A stretch of DNA of 64,000 nucleotides from positions 184-64,183 of the forward strand of contig JAZUAM010000020.1 of the NCBI GenBank assembly GCA_045637985.1. The letters run 5' to 3'. This document shows, one piece after another, positions 26,206 to 35,651 of this stretch. A program made the position numbers and the translations under genes. The notes under the pieces were generated by a model that worked only from the letters and a program-made list of their open reading frames with translations, was not told where the DNA came from and did not search any database. The DNA is from Alphaproteobacteria bacterium. GTDB taxonomy: Bacteria; Pseudomonadota; Alphaproteobacteria; RF32; CAG-239. Numbering within the stretch: position 1 is the first letter of the stretch; each line of letters opens with the position of its first letter.

Positions 26206-27174
26206 ATGGTCACAATAACGGAAACCAAATTTTCAGATATCTATATTATGGCAAAAGAAAGAAAAGCCTACATCCCTGATAAGCGTACGTTAAATGCATT
26301 GATGTTATTTGAGCCAGATGATTTTGATGCCTTTTTCAAATTAGTTGAAGAGAGTTGGGATGGTGCAAATCCGAGTTATTCCGTTAATTATGAAAATATA
26401 TTTTATCGAGTTGAGCGAAGCGAAGCAATCTCAGGTATCCAATATTGTATCAGAAGAATGCCGTCTTCCGTGCCTTCTATCCGAGTTCTCGGATATCCGA
26501 CCGAACTTATCAATTATTTAATGGGATTACGGCGTTCTTCCGGTCTTATTTTGTGTTCCGGTCCTACCGGCGCCGGAAAAACAACGACAATATCAAGTTT
26601 CTTAAAGGAATATCTGATAAAAGAAGGTGGTTTTGCCTATACGATAGAAGATCCTACCGAGCAACCGCTTGACGGAGTATACAATGTAGAAAATGGTGGT
26701 TTGGGTATATGCAAACAAACTTTGCCGATTGGCGGAAATTGGGGCGAAAGCTTAAAATCGGCTCTTCGTTCAAAACCTCGTTATATTATGGTGGGAGAGA
26801 TTCGTACTCCCGATGCTGCCAGTGAGGTTTTGCGAGCAGCCACTTCCGGTCACTTGGTTTTTTCGACAATTCACGCCAACAATGTTACCGATGCCATTAA
26901 CTCTGTAGTTAAGTACGCCGCAGCAAGCGAAATGAGTGAAGATCTTGCCTATGACTTGTTTTCTCGTGGGATGTTGGGGGTTATTCATCAAAATCTCATT
27001 GGCAAAGGCATCAAAAAACCGCAAGTTTCATTTTTGTTTGCTAATCCCAATTCTGAAGCAGGTGATCAGGTTCGAGGGATAATCAAATCCGGAAAACTAA
27101 ATTTGGGTACAGCCATAGAAACACAAATGACCAGAATGTCTAAGGGTTTGAGCTTGTTCCCTGAAAACGATTAA
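26206..27174 (+). CDS. PilT/VirB11/GspE-superfamily secretion-type ATPase (orphan)
   Basis: Walker A is SGPTGAGKTTT, Walker B/Asp box is RYIMVGEIR, and the His box is GHLVFSTIHAN. The N-terminal pattern FYRVERS...IRRMP is PilT-like. AAGGAG lies 7 nt upstream of the ATG. Confidence 0.75.
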   Translation: MVTITETKFSDIYIMAKERKAYIPDKRTLNALMLFEPDDFDAFFKLVEESWDGANPSYSVNYENIFYRVERSEAISGIQYCIRRMPSSVPSIRVLGYPTELINYLMGLRRSSGLILCSGPTGAGKTTTISSFLKEYLIKEGGFAYTIEDPTEQPLDGVYNVENGGLGICKQTLPIGGNWGESLKSALRSKPRYIMVGEIRTPDAASEVLRAATSGHLVFSTIHANNVTDAINSVVKYAAASEMSEDLAYDLFSRGMLGVIHQNLIGKGIKKPQVSFLFANPNSEAGDQVRGIIKSGKLNLGTAIETQMTRMSKGLSLFPEND

Positions 27175-28976
27175 CCGTTAATTTCGTCTGCCAATATTTG
27201 TAATTCCAACCAAGCCTCTTCTTTAGAGGCTTTTTCTTGTTGTTTTGCTTCCAGTTCCGATGAAGCCTTATCAAATCGGTCGGGATTTTGTTGGTACAAA
27301 TCAGGATTTGACAATTCTTTTGTCAAAAGTTCTATATCTTTTTCAAGTTCTTCTATCTCAACCGGCAAAACTTCCAATAGGCGTTTTTGATTATAGCTTA
27401 ACTTTTTGTTATTTTTAGGTGCTGAATTTTCTTCTTTTTTGGCAGGTTGTTTAGAAATGGGTTTAACTGATTTATTTTCTGTTTCTTTAATCTTTTCAAG
27501 AAGATCGGTATAACTTCCGGCGTGCTCATATGCTGTTCCGTCACCTTTAAGATATATAATAGAACTTGCGACTCTGTCCAAAAAGTCACGATCATGGCTT
27601 ACAATCAAAATTGTGCCGGCATATTCATCCAAAACTTCTTGCAATAAATCCAAAGTATCCATATCCAAATCATTTGTCGGCTCATCCAATACCAAAAAGT
27701 TGGACGGTTGTGCCAAAGATTTTGCTAACATCAATCGATTTTTTTCGCCTCCCGAAAGAGCCGCAACCGGAGTATGTGCTTGAGCCGGTTTAAACAAAAA
27801 ATCTTTCAAATATGCGACAACATGGCGCCAATGTCCCTGAACCATAATATGGTCGCCCTTATCACAAAGAGTCTGCCACAAAGTTTTTTTAGGATCCAAT
27901 GTTAGTCTGTTTTGATCAAAATACGCTTCTTCCAAATTCTTTCCTATACGAACAAAACCGCTATCCGGCTCCAAACGTTTGGTAAGCATTTTTATCAGTG
28001 TTGTTTTACCTGCGCCATTCGGCCCGACAATACCTATTTTATTTCCTCGAATAATTCTGGTCGAAAAATCTTTAATAATATCCCGTCCGTCAAAATTTTT
28101 GCAGATATGTTTAGCCTCAATAACCAGTTTAGATCGAAAATCGCCTTCATCAATATTAATATTTATATTTCCGATTTGTTTAATTTGTTCACGACGTTCA
28201 CGTCTAAGTTCGATTAACCGGCGTAATCTTCCCATATTGCGGCGACGTCTTGCCGTAACACCTTTATGCAACCATTCGGTTTCTTCGGCAATTTTTTTAT
28301 TAAGGTTGTTTTGGGCAATAATTTCTTGATTAATTATTTGTTCTTGCCATTCCTCAAAATTAGCAAACCCTTTGTTATTCATATGCATAACACCGCGATC
28401 AAGCCAAAATGTTGACTTTGATACATGGCTTAAAAACATTCTGTCATGAGATATAACAACCACGGCACCGCGAAAATCCTTAATAATTTCTTCCAATGTT
28501 TCAATGGTGGCAATATCCAAATGGTTGGTAGGCTCATCAAGCAACAATATATCCGGATTACTGATTAAAGCTTGAGCCAATGCTGCTTTTCTACATTCTC
28601 CGCCCGATGCTTTTTTAGGCGATAAACTCCCGTCTATATTAAGTTTTTCAAGCCAAATATCAGCCATATATCCGTTATTTTGCTCTTCTTTGGGAAGCCC
28701 GTATAAAATTGCATCTTTCAATGTATCAAAAGCAGAAAGGTTTGGTTCTTGAGGCATATAAGAAATTTGTGTCCCCGGCTGAACAAAAATTTCTCCTCCA
28801 TCGGCCTCAATAACTCCGGCAATAACTTTCAGCAGAGTCGATTTTCCCGAGCCGTTACGTCCCACCAGACAAATTTTGTCACCTTTAGAAATATAGAGTT
28901 CTACATTTTCAAACAGATGATTATCGCCAAATGCTAAGTGGATGTTCTTTAATGTATAAATAGGAGCTTCAGCCAT
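27171..28976 (-). CDS. ABC-F family ATPase (Uup/EttA-like)
   Basis: It has two ABC cassettes (GRNGSGKST, GPNGAGKTT; two LSGGE signatures) with no TM domain. The C-terminus is a coiled coil. Confidence 0.85.
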   Translation of the reverse strand: MAEAPIYTLKNIHLAFGDNHLFENVELYISKGDKICLVGRNGSGKSTLLKVIAGVIEADGGEIFVQPGTQISYMPQEPNLSAFDTLKDAILYGLPKEEQNNGYMADIWLEKLNIDGSLSPKKASGGECRKAALAQALISNPDILLLDEPTNHLDIATIETLEEIIKDFRGAVVVISHDRMFLSHVSKSTFWLDRGVMHMNNKGFANFEEWQEQIINQEIIAQNNLNKKIAEETEWLHKGVTARRRRNMGRLRRLIELRRERREQIKQIGNININIDEGDFRSKLVIEAKHICKNFDGRDIIKDFSTRIIRGNKIGIVGPNGAGKTTLIKMLTKRLEPDSGFVRIGKNLEEAYFDQNRLTLDPKKTLWQTLCDKGDHIMVQGHWRHVVAYLKDFLFKPAQAHTPVAALSGGEKNRLMLAKSLAQPSNFLVLDEPTNDLDMDTLDLLQEVLDEYAGTILIVSHDRDFLDRVASSIIYLKGDGTAYEHAGSYTDLLEKIKETENKSVKPISKQPAKKEENSAPKNNKKLSYNQKRLLEVLPVEIEELEKDIELLTKELSNPDLYQQNPDRFDKASSELEAKQQEKASKEEAWLELQILADEING

Positions 28977-29119
28977 TTTTTTTCTTCAAAATATTTTTTT
29001 ACGACTCGTTACTTGCAAGCTCTTATATTATAGTTATGCACAATATACAATTAAATATTTACAATTTATTAATAAATACATATCCTTACCGTGAAAACAG
29101 CAAGTAAAAGGAGAACTTT

Positions 29120-29521
29120 ATGCCTTTAAAAATAGAACTCAAACCACACGAAAGCATCATTATCGGTGAGGCTTTAATCACCAATGATAACGACAGAATT
29201 CGCTTTTATATTGATGGTAACGTGCCGATATTGCGCGAAAAGTTCATATTAAGAGAGCGTGAAGCAAATACTCCGGCAAAGCGTGTTTATTTCATTGCTC
29301 AGCAAATGTATTTAACCAAAGGCAATGATGAATTGCAAAAATTGTTTGTCGAATACGTAAAGGACTTACAGGGAGCCGCTCCCAGTTTGCGCCCATATGT
29401 GGCGCCGGTGGCAGAAGCCATGATTGTTAATGATTACTATACCGCGATTAAAGAGGCTGCAAAGCTCGTTGAACAAGAAGACAAATTGTTCGGCGCAGCC
29501 TTGAAAGGTGATAACGAATAA
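29120..29521 (+). CDS. flbT: Flagellin synthesis regulator FlbT
   Basis: MPLKIELKPHESIIIGEALITNDNDR...PILREKFIL...TPAKRVYFIAQQMYL matches the FlbT family pattern. The gene lies directly upstream of the flagellins. Confidence 0.8.
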   Translation: MPLKIELKPHESIIIGEALITNDNDRIRFYIDGNVPILREKFILREREANTPAKRVYFIAQQMYLTKGNDELQKLFVEYVKDLQGAAPSLRPYVAPVAEAMIVNDYYTAIKEAAKLVEQEDKLFGAALKGDNE

Positions 29522-29594
29522 TTATTTGGTTTAACAACAGGTTTTTAAAGAAAAAAATGATTTCTGCCACAGCAGTTATAAAAGGAGAAAGTAT

Positions 29595-30659
29595 ATGGCT
29601 CAATCAATTACATTAACAGCAAGTATGCGTTCTAATCTGGCATCGTTGAAGTCAATCCAAAAACAAATGGATACCACTCAAGAAAGATTATCTACAGGTA
29701 AGAAAGTAAACTCTGCTATTGATAATGCTTCAAGTTTTTATCAATCACGTGCATTAACCAATCGTGCTGGCGATTTAGATGCTCTATTAGATAGCATGGG
29801 ACAGGGTATTCAAACAATTCAAGCTGCTAACGAGGGTATTGAAGGTGTTACATCTTTCGTTGAACAATTAAAATCAATCGCTAATTCGGCCTATGCTTTG
29901 GATCCGACATTGGATACATATGAAGACACAATCAATAGCTACAAAGAACAGTTTGAGACAATTCAAACCGAAATCAGCAAATTAGTAAAAGACTCTTCTT
30001 ACCAAGGTATCAATTTGTTGACTGCCGGTAAATTGACCGTTACTTTTAACGAGTCGCGTTCTCACCGCTTTGTTGTTCAAGGTGATGATATTGTTGCCGA
30101 AATGGCAATTTCATCTGCTAACGATTGGAAAATGATTGCAAATAAGACCTTGGATGCGGATTTAACTAATACCGCAGGTGATGTAGTTGCTAAAGAAGGT
30201 GCTTTACAATACTCTGTTATCGGTGCTAACGGCAATCCAACAGGAGTAACTGTTGCTTTAGGTGTTGATGATAATTACTATGATGTTGGTGGTGATGGTG
30301 ATACAGCATACACACTTCAAACCGGCGAAACACTTAAGCTCTTGACAGAAGAAGTTACCGAAGGTGGTAGCTATGCTGAAGATATTGATAAGACATTGAC
30401 TGAACTTTCAGTAGCAATCGATTATTTGCGTGCATATTCTACAGAACTCGGTAACAACTTTACCATCATCGAGACACGTCAAAACTTTACCGATGCTTTG
30501 ATTGATGTTTTGGAAACAGGTTCAGACAATCTTGTATTGGCCGATATGAACGAAGAATCTGCAAACTACTTAGCATTGCAAACACGCCAACAGTTGGCAA
30601 CCAATTCTTTGTCTTTGGCTTCTCAGTCAGCACAATCAATTTTGAGCTTGTTCAATTAA
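29595..30659 (+). CDS. Flagellin (copy 1, 354 aa)
   Basis: It shares the conserved N-terminus (ITLTASMRSNLASLKSIQKQMDTTQERLSTGKKVNSAIDNAS) and C-terminus (LADMNEESANYLALQTRQQLA.NSLSLASQSAQS) with the two following genes. The centre is variable. Confidence 0.9.
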   Translation: MAQSITLTASMRSNLASLKSIQKQMDTTQERLSTGKKVNSAIDNASSFYQSRALTNRAGDLDALLDSMGQGIQTIQAANEGIEGVTSFVEQLKSIANSAYALDPTLDTYEDTINSYKEQFETIQTEISKLVKDSSYQGINLLTAGKLTVTFNESRSHRFVVQGDDIVAEMAISSANDWKMIANKTLDADLTNTAGDVVAKEGALQYSVIGANGNPTGVTVALGVDDNYYDVGGDGDTAYTLQTGETLKLLTEEVTEGGSYAEDIDKTLTELSVAIDYLRAYSTELGNNFTIIETRQNFTDALIDVLETGSDNLVLADMNEESANYLALQTRQQLATNSLSLASQSAQSILSLFN

Positions 30660-30686
30660 TTTGTTGGGCTACGCTTATTTACAAGA

Positions 30687-30716
30687 AAAGACGGCTTCTG
30701 CCGTCTTTTTTTTTTG
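30687..30716 (+). terminator. Flagellin-1 terminator
   Basis: The hairpin aaaagacggc-ttct-gccgtctttt is followed by a T-run. Confidence 0.85.
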
Positions 30717-30817
30717 TATTTATATAATTTGTTTACTTTTTATTAATATTTGTTTGTGAAAATGACATCAGCTTAAAAGAACTTAAGCTCTATGCAAATT
30801 TATTTAGGAGAAATAAA

Positions 30818-31861
30818 ATGGCTCAGACCAGTATTACATTGACAGCAAGTATGCGTTCTAACTTGTCTTCATTAAAATCAATTCAAAAACAAATGGATAC
30901 AACACAAGAGAGACTTTCTACAGGTAAGAAAGTAAACTCTGCTATTGATAATGCATCAAGCTACTATCAGTCTCGCGCTTTGACTAACCGTGCCGCAGAT
31001 TTGGAAGGCTTGTTGGATAATATGGGACAAGGTATTCAAACAATTCAAGCTGCCAACGAAGGTATTGAAGCAGTAACAGCTTATGTTGATCAATTAAAAT
31101 CAATCGCAAACTCTGCTTATGCTTTGGATGCTAACGCTTCTACATATAACGAATCTATGGCTAGCTACAAAGAACAATATGACGAAATTTTAACAGAAAT
31201 TGGTAAATTAGTAAAAGACTCATCTTACCAAGGTGTTAATTTGTTGACCGGTGGTAAGTTGACAGTTACTTTCAACGAATCTCGTTCTCACAGCTTTGAA
31301 GTTCAAGGTGATGATGTTGTTGCTAAAATGGCATTGACCAAAGGTACAGCATGGACAACAGCTCCACTTCAAGTTCCTGAAAAAGCTGATCAGGAATATG
31401 ATACAGCGACTACAGATGTCAAAATTGCTGAAGGTGCTGAAGTTTTGATTAACGAGGGTGGTGATAAAATTGCCAAAGCATCTGATGGAAAATATTATGA
31501 ATTACAAGATTCCGGTGCTGAAGTTGCAGACATCAGCGGATACAAAACATCTATGGTTGATGGTGACGTTGATAGCTATGCTGCTGCAATTGATAATTCT
31601 TTGACTGAATTGTCAAAGGCTGTTGATTACTTGCGTTCTTACTCAACAGAACTCGGTAATAACTTTTCTGTAATCGAAACACGTCAAGACTTCACTGAAG
31701 CAATGATTGATGTTTTGGAAACAGGTTCAGACAACCTTGTATTGGCCGACATGAACGAAGAATCTGCAAACTACTTGGCATTGCAGACACGTCAGCAATT
31801 GGCCGTCAACTCTTTGTCTTTGGCTTCTCAATCTGCACAGTCAGTATTGAGCTTGTTCTAA
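30818..31861 (+). CDS. Flagellin (copy 2, 347 aa)
   Basis: It has the same conserved termini as copy 1 and a different central domain. Confidence 0.9.
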   Translation: MAQTSITLTASMRSNLSSLKSIQKQMDTTQERLSTGKKVNSAIDNASSYYQSRALTNRAADLEGLLDNMGQGIQTIQAANEGIEAVTAYVDQLKSIANSAYALDANASTYNESMASYKEQYDEILTEIGKLVKDSSYQGVNLLTGGKLTVTFNESRSHSFEVQGDDVVAKMALTKGTAWTTAPLQVPEKADQEYDTATTDVKIAEGAEVLINEGGDKIAKASDGKYYELQDSGAEVADISGYKTSMVDGDVDSYAAAIDNSLTELSKAVDYLRSYSTELGNNFSVIETRQDFTEAMIDVLETGSDNLVLADMNEESANYLALQTRQQLAVNSLSLASQSAQSVLSLF

Positions 31862-31890
31862 GCCTCAAGACTTACGGTTACCAAAAATAT

Positions 31891-31920
31891 AGCGAGGGTT
31901 TTAGAATCCTCGCTTTTCTT
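31891..31920 (+). terminator. Flagellin-2 terminator
   Basis: The hairpin agcgagg-gttttagaat-cctcgct is followed by TTTCTT. Confidence 0.75.
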
Positions 31921-32132
31921 ATATCCATAACAAAAGAATCGTTCTATTAATCAAAATTTATCGAAAATCGCAATATCGCGGTATTATAATACCCGGCGCA
32001 TCCAAAAGTTTACCTGATTTTCCCCCTTTTTTTCCGATTCGAATCCCGAGTCGCAATAAAAAATGTTTCACATAAAATCATATATAAATCAATGCGTTAA
32101 TCTACGTGAAACCATTTTTTGCTGTTTTCGTA

Positions 32133-32161
32133 TTGTTTGGGGTTGCGAAATATGATATACT
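32133..32161 (+). promoter_or_regulatory. Sigma70-like promoter upstream of flagellin 3 (TTGTTT-N17-TATACT)
   Basis: The -35 is at 32133-32138, followed by a 17-nt spacer and the -10 at 32156-32161. This would give a ~65-nt leader. Confidence 0.4.
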
Positions 32162-32228
32162 GAACCTGTAGTGTTAGTAGAAGCACCACAAGTAATGTGA
32201 AAACCTTTTATTTTATGGGAGAAAAGCC

Positions 32229-33083
32229 ATGACTGCTATTACATTAACCGCAAGTATGCGTTCTAATTTATCTTCATTGAAAACAATTCAAGCTCAAATG
32301 GATAAAACACAAGAGAGACTTTCTACAGGTAAGAAAGTAAACTCTGCTATTGATAATGCTTCAAGCTTCTATCAATCAAGAGCTTTAACTAACCGTGCAT
32401 CAGACCTTGATGGTTTGTTGGATAGCATGGGCCAGGGTATTCAAACAATTCAGGCTGCCAACGAAGGTATTGAAGCTGTAACAGCATTCGTTGATCAGTT
32501 AAAATCAATTGCAAACTCAGCTGTTGCACTTGATCCTACAGCAGAAACATATGATACAACAATTGCCAGCTACAAAGAGCAATTTGATGCAATCATCGGT
32601 GAAATCGGAAAAGTTGTAAAAGATGCTTCTTACCAAGGTGTAAACTTGTTGACCGGTGGTAAATTGTCAGTTACTTTCAACGAATCTCGTTCTCACAGTT
32701 TTGAAGTTCAAGGTGATGATGTTGTTGCCAAAATGGGTATTACCGCTGCGGCCACAAAGTGGGTTGCTGACGAAGATGCAGGCACAACTATTGCCGATGC
32801 TATCGGTGGAGAAGATGGAACATTGGATCAAATTTCAAAAGCTGTTGATTATTTACGTTCATACTCAACCAAATTAGGTAACAACTTTACCATTATCGAA
32901 ACACGTCAAGACTTTACAGAAGCTATGATTAACGTGTTAGAAACCGGTTCAGACAACCTTGTATTGGCCGATATGAACGAAGAATCTGCAAACTACCTTG
33001 CTTTGCAAACTCGTCAACAATTGGCTGTCAACTCGTTGTCTTTGGCTGCTCAGTCTGCACAATCAGTATTGAGTTTGTTCTAA
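32229..33083 (+). CDS. Flagellin (copy 3, 284 aa, shortest central domain)
   Basis: It has the same conserved termini as copies 1 and 2. Confidence 0.9.
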   Translation: MTAITLTASMRSNLSSLKTIQAQMDKTQERLSTGKKVNSAIDNASSFYQSRALTNRASDLDGLLDSMGQGIQTIQAANEGIEAVTAFVDQLKSIANSAVALDPTAETYDTTIASYKEQFDAIIGEIGKVVKDASYQGVNLLTGGKLSVTFNESRSHSFEVQGDDVVAKMGITAAATKWVADEDAGTTIADAIGGEDGTLDQISKAVDYLRSYSTKLGNNFTIIETRQDFTEAMINVLETGSDNLVLADMNEESANYLALQTRQQLAVNSLSLAAQSAQSVLSLF

Positions 33084-33111
33084 AACATCGAATTAATGCT
33101 AAAACATTAGC

Positions 33112-33140
33112 GGAGGCGGTTTTATACCGCCTCTTTTTTA
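33112..33140 (+). terminator. Flagellin-3 terminator
   Basis: The hairpin gaggcgg-ttttata-ccgcctc is followed by TTTTTT. Confidence 0.8.
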
Positions 33141-33199
33141 TGCAAAATTAACTTTATTGTTTTACAATATAATAATAAAAATCTTTATCGGAGCAAAAA

Positions 33200-34270
33200 A
33201 TGATAAAAAAAATAGTCATTATAACATTACTTTTATGCACTGCCCTAAGTAATAATCTGTTTGCTAATGACGAAGCTGTTGTATCTTTGTTTGACGGAAC
33301 TCCTGAAGCTCAAACAACCAAACCGTCAGAAGAAGAAAGTGGGCTATTTTCATTTTTAAATTTCAAAATGCCCGAAGGTTTGAAAAAATCTGCTGATAAA
33401 AAATCGGACAAACCGGAAACCATTGAAGAGACCATAAAATTAGCCGATAAAGGAAACCTTGAAGCTCAATTAGCTTTAGGATATTCATATTTATATGGCG
33501 AAAACGGATTAACTCCAGATTATGACAAGGCTTTTGAATATTATAGTAAGGCCGCATTACAAAATGATGCAACCGGTCTCAATAATCTAGGAAGCTTATA
33601 TTATAGCGGAATAGGGGTTAGTCGCAGTCCGGCTAAAGCAGCCATTTTATTCGAAAAATCTGCTGATTTAGGTAATCCTGATGCGGCATTAAATCTCGGA
33701 TTTATGCTGATTAGCGGCAAAGGAGCAAAACAAGATACGGCAAAGGCTCTGAACTATTTTGAAAAAGCTTCATCGTCAGAAAACCCTGTTGCCAAATTTA
33801 TGATCGGCTATGCATACTACACCGGAACAATGCGTTCTGTCGACTTTGTTAAGGCAGCTCCTCTGATAAAAAATGCTGCCGATGCCGGCTTTGACGAAGC
33901 CCAATTCGTATTAGCTGATATATATATAAACGGACGAGGTTTTCCGCAAAATTATAATAACGCTGTCAAATATTTGCGCCTTTCCGCAGGGCAGGGTAAT
34001 ACAGAAGCAATGATGAAATTAGCAGATATTCTGGCCGTCGGTGAAAAATTTAACAAAGATATAGAATTTGCTCACGTTTTATATAACTTGGCTTCTGTTC
34101 GAGGTGTTGCTGAGGCGCCGGCAAGACGTCAGGCCATTGAATCAAAAATGAAAATCAACGATGTCTTGCAAGCGCAAATTCGTGCCGAAAATTTCCAAGA
34201 AAAACAAACGCAAATGACAAGCTATATCAGACAAACTTTTGGTACAAATGTTCGTTCATACATAAAGTAA
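33200..34270 (+). CDS. Secreted Sel1-repeat (TPR-like) protein
   Basis: A signal peptide is followed by about 7 Sel1-type repeats (e.g. AQLALGYSYLYGENGLTPDYDKAFEYYSKAA, GLNNLGSLYYSGIGVSRSPAKAAILFEKSA). Confidence 0.8.
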   Translation: MIKKIVIITLLLCTALSNNLFANDEAVVSLFDGTPEAQTTKPSEEESGLFSFLNFKMPEGLKKSADKKSDKPETIEETIKLADKGNLEAQLALGYSYLYGENGLTPDYDKAFEYYSKAALQNDATGLNNLGSLYYSGIGVSRSPAKAAILFEKSADLGNPDAALNLGFMLISGKGAKQDTAKALNYFEKASSSENPVAKFMIGYAYYTGTMRSVDFVKAAPLIKNAADAGFDEAQFVLADIYINGRGFPQNYNNAVKYLRLSAGQGNTEAMMKLADILAVGEKFNKDIEFAHVLYNLASVRGVAEAPARRQAIESKMKINDVLQAQIRAENFQEKQTQMTSYIRQTFGTNVRSYIK

Positions 34271-34304
34271 AAAAAAAGCGCTCATTTTTTCGAGCGCTTT
34301 TTCA
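34271..34304. terminator. Bidirectional terminator (Sel1 gene / accC)
   Basis: The hairpin is aaagcgctc-attttttc-gagcgcttt, with an A-run on the left and a T-run on the right. Confidence 0.8.
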
Positions 34305-35639
34305 TTATTTGTTTAACAAATCTTCCAACCAATGAATATTATACATCCCGTCAATATAATCCGGACGAGAAATTATTTTTTGGTGTAACGGAATTGTTGT
34401 TTTTACACCATCAATAACAAACTCTTCCAATGCTCGGTGCAATCTCATCAGTGCGGCATTTCTGGTTTTTCCGCTTACAATAAGTTTTGCAATCATACTA
34501 TCATAAAACGGAGGAATGCTATATCCGGAATAAATCTCAGAATCAACTCTGATTCCAAGCCCGCCCGGAGCATGCCATTCTGTTATTTTTCCCGGATTTG
34601 GCGCAAAACTTGTCGGATCTTCGGCATTAATTCTGCACTCTATAGCACAACCGCTAAAAGAAATATCTTCTTGTGAATATCCAAGCTTTGCTCCGTTTGC
34701 AATCCTAATTTGTTCACGAACAATATCTATTCCCGTAACCGCTTCGGTAATAGGGTGTTCAACCTGCAAACGTGTGTTCATTTCCAAGAAATAAAATTTT
34801 CCGTCTTCAAACAAAAATTCCAACGTTCCCGCACTTGAATAGCCGATTTTTTCAACTGCTGAACGAGCTATTTCTCCTATTTCTGCTCGTTGTTGTTGAT
34901 TCAATGCCGGCGAAGGAGTTTCTTCAATAACTTTTTGGTTCTTACGTTGTATTGAACAGTCCCTCTCTCCTAAATGAACAACATTGCCGTAAGTATCGGC
35001 CAAAACCTGAATTTCTATATGACGAGGTTTTTGCAAATACTTTTCCATATACACTTCATCACTGGTAAAAGATGCTTTTGCCTCAGCTCTGGCCATGGTA
35101 TAGGCTGTTTCGATTTCGGTTTCATTAAATGCAACCTTCATCCCTTTACCGCCACCACCGGCTTTGGCCTTTATTATAATAGGATATCCGATTTCATTAG
35201 CCCATTTTTTTGCTTCATCAACCGAAGCCAATGCAGGAGATCCCGGAATAACCGGCAATCCCGAACTTATTGCAGCTTCACGCGCCTTAAGCTTGTCACC
35301 CATCATACGAATTTGTTCAGGTTTCGGGCCAATAAAAGTAATTCCGTGTTCTTCTACCATCTCTGCAAAATCAGCATTTTCTGAAAGAAATCCGAAGCCG
35401 GGATGAATGGCATCAGCTCCGGTAATAATTGCTGCAGATATAATTGCCGATTTATTAAGATAAGAATCAGCCGAACGGGCAGGGCCTATGCAGACCGCCT
35501 CATCAGCCAAACGAACATGCATGGCATTTGCATCGGCTTCCGAATGAACTGCAACGGTTTTTATTCCCATCTCTCTACAAGCGCGATGAATACGCAAGGC
35601 AACTTCACCACGATTTGCAATCAATACTTTTTCAAACAT
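34305..35639 (-). CDS. accC: Acetyl-CoA carboxylase biotin carboxylase subunit
   Basis: It begins MFEKVLIANRGEVALRIHRACREMGI and has an ATP-grasp core. Length is 444 aa. Confidence 0.95.
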   Translation of the reverse strand: MFEKVLIANRGEVALRIHRACREMGIKTVAVHSEADANAMHVRLADEAVCIGPARSADSYLNKSAIISAAIITGADAIHPGFGFLSENADFAEMVEEHGITFIGPKPEQIRMMGDKLKAREAAISSGLPVIPGSPALASVDEAKKWANEIGYPIIIKAKAGGGGKGMKVAFNETEIETAYTMARAEAKASFTSDEVYMEKYLQKPRHIEIQVLADTYGNVVHLGERDCSIQRKNQKVIEETPSPALNQQQRAEIGEIARSAVEKIGYSSAGTLEFLFEDGKFYFLEMNTRLQVEHPITEAVTGIDIVREQIRIANGAKLGYSQEDISFSGCAIECRINAEDPTSFAPNPGKITEWHAPGGLGIRVDSEIYSGYSIPPFYDSMIAKLIVSGKTRNAALMRLHRALEEFVIDGVKTTIPLHQKIISRPDYIDGMYNIHWLEDLLNK

Positions 35640-35651
35640 AGGTTCACCACC

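Noticed and set aside
29540-30817. Sigma28-like TAAA-N16-GCCACAGC (upstream of flagellin 1) and TAAA-N16-GCAAATTT (upstream of flagellin 2).
   Set aside because: Only the TAAA and the leading GC match the TAAA-N15-GCCGATAA consensus, and the spacing is off by one. In AT-rich DNA this is too weak to call without a fliA-regulon model for this organism.
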